Assembly: GCA_951406725.2 (NCBI GenBank)
Contig: OX597829.1
Coordinates: forward strand, 34,286,001-34,350,000
DNA: 64,000 nucleotides
From: Octopus vulgaris
Taxonomy: Eukaryota
Direction: 5' to 3'
Part shown: positions 63,933 through 64,000 of the stretch, in pieces
Position numbering within the stretch: the first letter of the stretch is position 1
Layout: every line of letters starts with the position of its first letter
Notes under the pieces: model-generated
What the model was told of the DNA's origin: nothing
The model's database searches: none
What the model saw: the letters and a program-made list of their open reading frames with translations, nothing else
Program-made: the position numbers and the translations under genes

Positions 63933-64000
63933 AATTTTATGGTTATTCCATTAATAATGTTGAATATCTACTAAAATTGAATTGGTATTTTCTGCAAGTC

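Overview
AT-rich, microsatellite-dense animal genomic DNA. The SINE, RTE and Penelope repertoire and the (TA)n/(CA)n density point to an octopus-like cephalopod (inference). The only host gene found is on the + strand: 11 internal coding exons (26778-62804, 1225 nt, 408 codons in one continuous frame) of a Diaphanous-related formin, covering the GBD/FH3 (DID, dimerisation) region. Its start codon and FH1/FH2 domains lie outside the window. One intron (57332-58612) is a minor-spliceosome AT-AC intron. The rest is intron or flank filled with decayed transposons: mariner, pogo, hAT, Helitrons, Gypsy/Mag, solo LTR, RTE, L1/Tx1, R4/Dong, Penelope-like elements and tRNA-SINEs. The most unusual signals are (i) a set of minimal type-I hammerhead-ribozyme motifs with compensatory core variants (U3-A8, G3-C8, A6U), including an apparently intact one in a 356-bp retrozyme-like unit at 30808-31261, and (ii) a recurring 'short unique tail + long hairpin' insertion architecture, two examples of which have 12-13-bp target-site duplications. 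The long ORFs in the supplied track are microsatellite artefacts. All family names come from motif recognition, not database searches.
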